Shown piece by piece: positions 59,857-64,000 of a stretch of 64,000 nucleotides of DNA (positions are counted from its first letter, which is position 1; every line of letters starts with the position of its first letter). Source of the DNA: Candidatus Wirthbacteria bacterium (GTDB taxonomy: Bacteria > Patescibacteriota > CG2-30-54-11); the NCBI GenBank assembly GCA_903889905.1, contig CAISZI010000042.1, positions 6,000-69,999 on the forward strand, in the 5' to 3' direction. The notes under the pieces are model-generated. The model was not told where the DNA came from. It saw nothing but the letters and a program-made list of their open reading frames with translations, and ran no database searches. Made by a program: the position numbers and the translations under genes.

Positions 59857-61020
59857 TCAAGCAATAAGCTGTTTCAAGAGTTTATTGACCGCCTTGTTTT
59901 TGGTCAATTTGCGTGGGACAAGAAAGTAATTGGGAGAACAAGAATCGGTTTGACCTAAACGGTTATCGGCGTAATGATAATAATAAAGACGGTAGTTAGG
60001 AAGTTTGTTGCTGACGGCAGTCATCCTCTGGCGATCACTGCTTTTTTCGATCATGATTACCGGCCGACAGCGCTCAATCAGAGACTGTAAACCGTCTAAG
60101 ACATCCAGTTCTTTGCCCTGGGTATCAATTTTGACAAAGTATGTGCAAAGCGTCTTGTCAGACAATTTTTTGATTTCAAAATTAAATTCTGCCAATTCCA
60201 CCGGACTCTCGGCATTTTTCAAATATGGCTGAATGCGCTTTCTCCAATTCGCGTTCGCAAATTCTTTCGGGTCAAAACTTCCTTCCTGAGTGAAATAACT
60301 TTCCTCTGCTTTGGGAACATAAAAAGTATGTTCCTGGTCGTTTTTGCCAATACCATAAAGGTAAAATTCCATTTGTCCACGCAGCAGCGCCCGGCAAAAG
60401 GTCAAATTGGGTGCCAGTGTCGCGTTGGGCTCAAAGGACAGGATTTTCATCCGGCCATTGGCATGGGCAAAAGAAACGGCACTTTGCCCAATATTGGCGC
60501 CAATATCAAGGAACACACCCGCGTCGATCTGGCTGAAATTTTCATAAAACTTAAAATCACTTTCGTGGTAAATCTGCTTGTCGTAATAAAAATTAAAGAG
60601 CATTTCACTCTGCGGTTTATCGAGTTGAATTTGCTGCAGCAACTTAGTGGTCTCGGTTGGCGACAAACTTACGTCGGCGACAGAAAAAGCCAGTTTGCGC
60701 ATGTCATTGGACGGGGAATTCTGGAACGCAGGGATGATAAAATCGTCTGCGACAATTTTACATAAAAAATCATTGGACGGGGCCAAAAAGGAAATATTCC
60801 CGTCGTTTTGCAGCGCAACCGACATTAATTCGGTTTCATGATTTACGTCGATGATTCTCAATCTCTGTGGTTGATCGCGTCTGGCCAGGGAAACATACAC
60901 ATTCACTTGTTGTCCCAGGGCGGATTGGATGTGGATAAAGCCAGTTTTGCTGCACCAGATATGCGTCCCTTCGCTGGCGTACCAGCCGGAGACAAAGGCA
61001 ATGGAATCAGAGAGATGCAT
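59857..61020 (-). CDS. FkbM-family methyltransferase with a beta-rich N-terminal domain
   Basis: LDIGANIGQ, SFEPN, VKIDTQGKELDVL, PVIMIE; N-domain GWYASEG..WC...D.RKL. Confidence 0.9.
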   Translation of the reverse strand: MHLSDSIAFVSGWYASEGTHIWCSKTGFIHIQSALGQQVNVYVSLARRDQPQRLRIIDVNHETELMSVALQNDGNISFLAPSNDFLCKIVADDFIIPAFQNSPSNDMRKLAFSVADVSLSPTETTKLLQQIQLDKPQSEMLFNFYYDKQIYHESDFKFYENFSQIDAGVFLDIGANIGQSAVSFAHANGRMKILSFEPNATLAPNLTFCRALLRGQMEFYLYGIGKNDQEHTFYVPKAEESYFTQEGSFDPKEFANANWRKRIQPYLKNAESPVELAEFNFEIKKLSDKTLCTYFVKIDTQGKELDVLDGLQSLIERCRPVIMIEKSSDRQRMTAVSNKLPNYRLYYYHYADNRLGQTDSCSPNYFLVPRKLTKNKAVNKLLKQLIA

Positions 61021-61058
61021 ACGGCGACGGGCTCCTTGCTGATGCGTAAACCATGCTT

Positions 61059-62177
61059 CTACGAATTTTCATACCACTGCAGCACCTGACGGACATGCGA
61101 GTCCCAGTTAAATCTGGCCGCCTGCAATAGCCCGAACTGAGCCAGTTTAGCATGGAAGGCTTGGTCCTGCAAAACCTGTGCGGCAGCGGTGACCCAGGCG
61201 TTAACATCCGTTGTCGGTAAGAGCATGTCACTGTTTCCAACCACTTCCGGCAGCGAGGAATTATTCGCAACCAGTACCGGGCATCCGCAACGCATGGCTT
61301 CCAGTGGCGGCAGCCCGAAACCTTCGTAAAAAGATGGATAGACAAACAATGTGGCGGCTGAATAAAACACCGACAAATCAGCCTCAGGGACGTAACCAGT
61401 AAGCACTATATTGGCACGAACTTGAGCTGGCATGGCAGCAAGGCGTGACTCAAAATGCTGCAAAAACCAACCGCTTTTCCCTACCAGGACTAATTTTCCG
61501 TTGAATTTTCCCTGCGTTTGCAGCTGCTCAAACATGTCAACAATCAACCCCAGGTTTTTACGCGGTTCCAGCGTACCGACGTAGAGAATAAAATCTCCAC
61601 TAAGCTGATATTTGTCTTTAAGAATACTTAAAGCATGTTGTCTGAGCATGGGTTTCACAGAGGAACGAGCCGCAAGCAGAGCAGTTTCGATTTGGCCGCG
61701 AACCCTGTAGTGCGCCAGAATATCCTGTTGGGTGTGTTCAGAATCACACAGCACCAGGTCGGCGCGCCGGAAAATGAACGGGAAAATCAATTTGTGGACA
61801 ATGCGGCTGGCGCGGATGTGCCATTCGGGAAAAAGCACTGGCGTCAGGTCATGAATCGTGATGACTTTCTTATACGGGCCACCCCAGAACGTAAACGGCG
61901 CAATGTGGCTCAGGTCGTGTACCAGGTCAAAATGCTCATGGCGTAACAACCACGGTATCCAGAAAAACTTGCGCACTGTCGCCCAGAGTGGCAGTTTGCG
62001 ATGCAGCGGAATGATCTTCTCTCTCTTGCCGTCAAAAAAGGCATTGGGCTTGAGGTGGATATACACGATTTCATGCCCTGGATTATTGCGTTCCAGCGCT
62101 TCGATGAATTCTTTGGCATAAACGTAGATGCCGGCGTACTGTTCATCAATGGGGTCGGCGACGATGGCAATTTTCAT
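61059..62177 (-). CDS. GT4 glycosyltransferase (WbdB/MtfB-like)
   Basis: TIHDL, VGTLEPRKN, PSFYEGFGLPPLEAM. Start ATG 62177 (ATGA overlap with the upstream stop). Confidence 0.93.
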   Translation of the reverse strand: MKIAIVADPIDEQYAGIYVYAKEFIEALERNNPGHEIVYIHLKPNAFFDGKREKIIPLHRKLPLWATVRKFFWIPWLLRHEHFDLVHDLSHIAPFTFWGGPYKKVITIHDLTPVLFPEWHIRASRIVHKLIFPFIFRRADLVLCDSEHTQQDILAHYRVRGQIETALLAARSSVKPMLRQHALSILKDKYQLSGDFILYVGTLEPRKNLGLIVDMFEQLQTQGKFNGKLVLVGKSGWFLQHFESRLAAMPAQVRANIVLTGYVPEADLSVFYSAATLFVYPSFYEGFGLPPLEAMRCGCPVLVANNSSLPEVVGNSDMLLPTTDVNAWVTAAAQVLQDQAFHAKLAQFGLLQAARFNWDSHVRQVLQWYENS

Positions 62178-63277
62178 GACAGACTTTCGTATAATTGCCC
62201 ATACGCAGCAATCATCGTTTGCCATAATGGCAATGGTTTATCTGGTATGACATCAAAATCACCCAAAAGTGCACGCTCCATTGCCTTGACCAGTCCCATC
62301 GCGTCGCCACTGTGGAAATAATTCACTTTGCCCCACAAATTATCCCATAGCGCTCCCCCGTCACTCGCAATCAGCGGCGTACCCAATGCACAGGTTTCCA
62401 GTGCCGATAAGCCAAACCCTTCGCTGTACGATGGCACCACCACGCAACTTACGGACTGGTTGAGATGCAGGAGTTCGTCCCGTGGCAACGCACGCAAAAT
62501 GGTGATCCGTTGCGCATATTTTGTTTGTAAATCCGTAATTTGGCGCAGCAATACGCCATGTTCGGCGGCACCAATGATAAACAAAAAATTAAAATCAACC
62601 CGCTGCGGCAGCAACATCTCGAGTGCCCCAACCAGTACATCCACGCCTTTGGAAACACCCAGGCGACCGAAGTACAAAAAGGTAAACGGATTGGCTGGCC
62701 CCGCTGGACGCCCTGCAGCGCGCGGCTTCAAGACTGGCGGAGCAATGACATCCAAACCATTCCGAATGACCACAATTTTGGCAGCCGGGATCGAAACCTC
62801 CAGCAGCGTCTGTTTGGTGTATTCCGAAACTGCGACATAACGGGTATAAGGAAACAACAGGACTAATCGTTCCAGCAGCCAATGCATCGTCGCCGCTGCG
62901 CGATTAAATCCTTTGAACCAGATCTTGCCCAGCACCTCATGCACGATGATAAGCACGGGTTTACGCTTCAACCTGGCATAAAACCAGGCAGGTATCGCGG
63001 CGCTGTAGGTCGCGGTCTGCACCACGTCAAAATTGACCTTGAGTTTTAGCATGAAGAACAAGGCACTGACAGCAAATAAATAACGATTGGCGCCAAGCCG
63101 ATGGACTTCGACACCGTTTAGGCGCTCGCTTGCGGCGACGCCAGCACAACCGGTTGTAATCACGACAACCTGATGCCCACGCACGGCCAACCCTTCGGCC
63201 AGCCGCTGATACACCAGTTCGGCACCGCCAATTCTGGGCGCATAATTATCCACAACCAGCAACACATTTGCGGCCAA
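62174..63277 (-). CDS. GT4 glycosyltransferase
   Basis: IGGAE, FGRLGVSKG, PSYSEGFGLSALE. Confidence 0.92.
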   Translation of the reverse strand: MAANVLLVVDNYAPRIGGAELVYQRLAEGLAVRGHQVVVITTGCAGVAASERLNGVEVHRLGANRYLFAVSALFFMLKLKVNFDVVQTATYSAAIPAWFYARLKRKPVLIIVHEVLGKIWFKGFNRAAATMHWLLERLVLLFPYTRYVAVSEYTKQTLLEVSIPAAKIVVIRNGLDVIAPPVLKPRAAGRPAGPANPFTFLYFGRLGVSKGVDVLVGALEMLLPQRVDFNFLFIIGAAEHGVLLRQITDLQTKYAQRITILRALPRDELLHLNQSVSCVVVPSYSEGFGLSALETCALGTPLIASDGGALWDNLWGKVNYFHSGDAMGLVKAMERALLGDFDVIPDKPLPLWQTMIAAYGQLYESLS

Positions 63278-63279
63278 GC

Positions 63280-63612
63280 TTATCTCCCCATGCCGATTTG
63301 CCGAAGCGCGTCCTCGCGAACCATCTGGGTCAGTTTATTTTCCAGCTCGTCAACAATGATCGTGAGCCGGCCAAAGCCATACAACAAAACCAGAATGGAG
63401 AACAAAAAAAGTGCATTCGACCCGGTTCGGATACCAATCAAGTGGGAAAAATTCGACAAATAACTCGGTTCATAACCAAAAAAACCAACCACACCCCAGA
63501 AAACCAACCAAAACAGCAGTTCTTTCCAGGTACGTTCGTGGTGGCTGTAATAGGAAAACTGGCGCAAAATCATAAACAGCGCAAAAATCGGTACCAGCAA
63601 ATGTATAACCAT
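63280..63612 (-). CDS. DUF2304-family small membrane protein (GT2 partner)
   Basis: 3 TM helices, GIRTGSNAL, C-terminal ENKLTQMVREDAL; follows a GT2 gene. Confidence 0.85.
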   Translation of the reverse strand: MVIHLLVPIFALFMILRQFSYYSHHERTWKELLFWLVFWGVVGFFGYEPSYLSNFSHLIGIRTGSNALFLFSILVLLYGFGRLTIIVDELENKLTQMVREDALRQIGMGR

Positions 63613-63619
63613 AAAATTC

Positions 63620-64000
63620 CTAGCGCATCAAAGATTTAATAATCAGACGAAAAACAGTTTCCGCGCCCTGGACAAAATTCTGCCCTTTGCCACGACCATA
63701 GCTGTCATAGACCACACTGATCGGAACTTCGGCATGGCGTAGTTTCGTCACTTTCATTTTGGCAAACAATTCCGAAGCAAAATCATAACCGCTGCTTTCA
63801 AAATGGATCGCCTGCAAAGCTTTGGCATTAAAGGCCCGCATACCGCTCTGGCTGTCACTCACCCACATGCCGGCCAGCGCAAACGTGAGCCAGATGGCAA
63901 CACGGTTGTAAAAACGGTTCAGGGTTGGCACGGGATTGGGTGTCAAAAAGCGTGAACCAATGACGACATCCGCCGTATGCTCAAGCAGTGGCTTGATCAT
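63620..64000 (-). CDS. GT2 polyprenyl-phosphate glycosyltransferase, partial (5' end outside window)
   Basis: DVVIGSRF, DSQSGMRAF, EVPISVVY, KGQ. Confidence 0.88.
   Translation of the reverse strand: MIKPLLEHTADVVIGSRFLTPNPVPTLNRFYNRVAIWLTFALAGMWVSDSQSGMRAFNAKALQAIHFESSGYDFASELFAKMKVTKLRHAEVPISVVYDSYGRGKGQNFVQGAETVFRLIIKSLMR

Noticed and set aside
1-64000. Alternative genetic code (TGA = Gly)
   Set aside because: Conserved genes are full length under code 11 and several end at TGA, including ATGA overlaps.

Overview
Bacterial chromosomal window in standard genetic code 11 (TGA is used as a stop). The gene mix (stand-alone VirD4/TraD-like ATPase, DUF4012 protein, DUF5663-like domain, minimal ftsQAZ cluster, a giant uncharacterised ORF) suggests a Patescibacteria/CPR-type organism; this is inference. 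Four blocks. (1) 1-18440: a partial repeat protein, uvrA, a 3272-aa modular repeat protein, a divergent 96-aa ORF with a near-consensus promoter, a Pro-rich protein, a membrane-anchored VirD4-like ATPase, and nested palindromic repeat elements. (2) 18486-35657: a minus-strand housekeeping/division run, in transcription order yvcK-like, GT2, DUF4012, GT2, dksA/traR-like, lspA, gmk, ftsQ, ftsA, ftsZ, serS, hpf, Glc-1-P thymidylyltransferase, orphan histidine kinase, nnrD, parA, rodA. (3) 35781-47664: a CDP-3,6-dideoxyhexose pathway joined to a DmpF/DmpG pair, a YerE-like ThDP enzyme, two aminotransferases, a GNAT and GtrB/GtrA-like genes. (4) 47935-64000: AT-rich GT-C-like membrane genes and a Wzm/Wzt-dependent glycan locus with methyltransferases and GT4/GT2 enzymes. 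The two strongest candidates for new biology are a predicted pathway to an amino-branched higher-carbon sugar delivered on a lipid carrier, and a giant-protein/coupling-ATPase neighbourhood that could be a non-conjugative secretion module. No rRNA, tRNA, CRISPR array or transposase was seen. All family calls come from motif recognition by eye; no searches were run.
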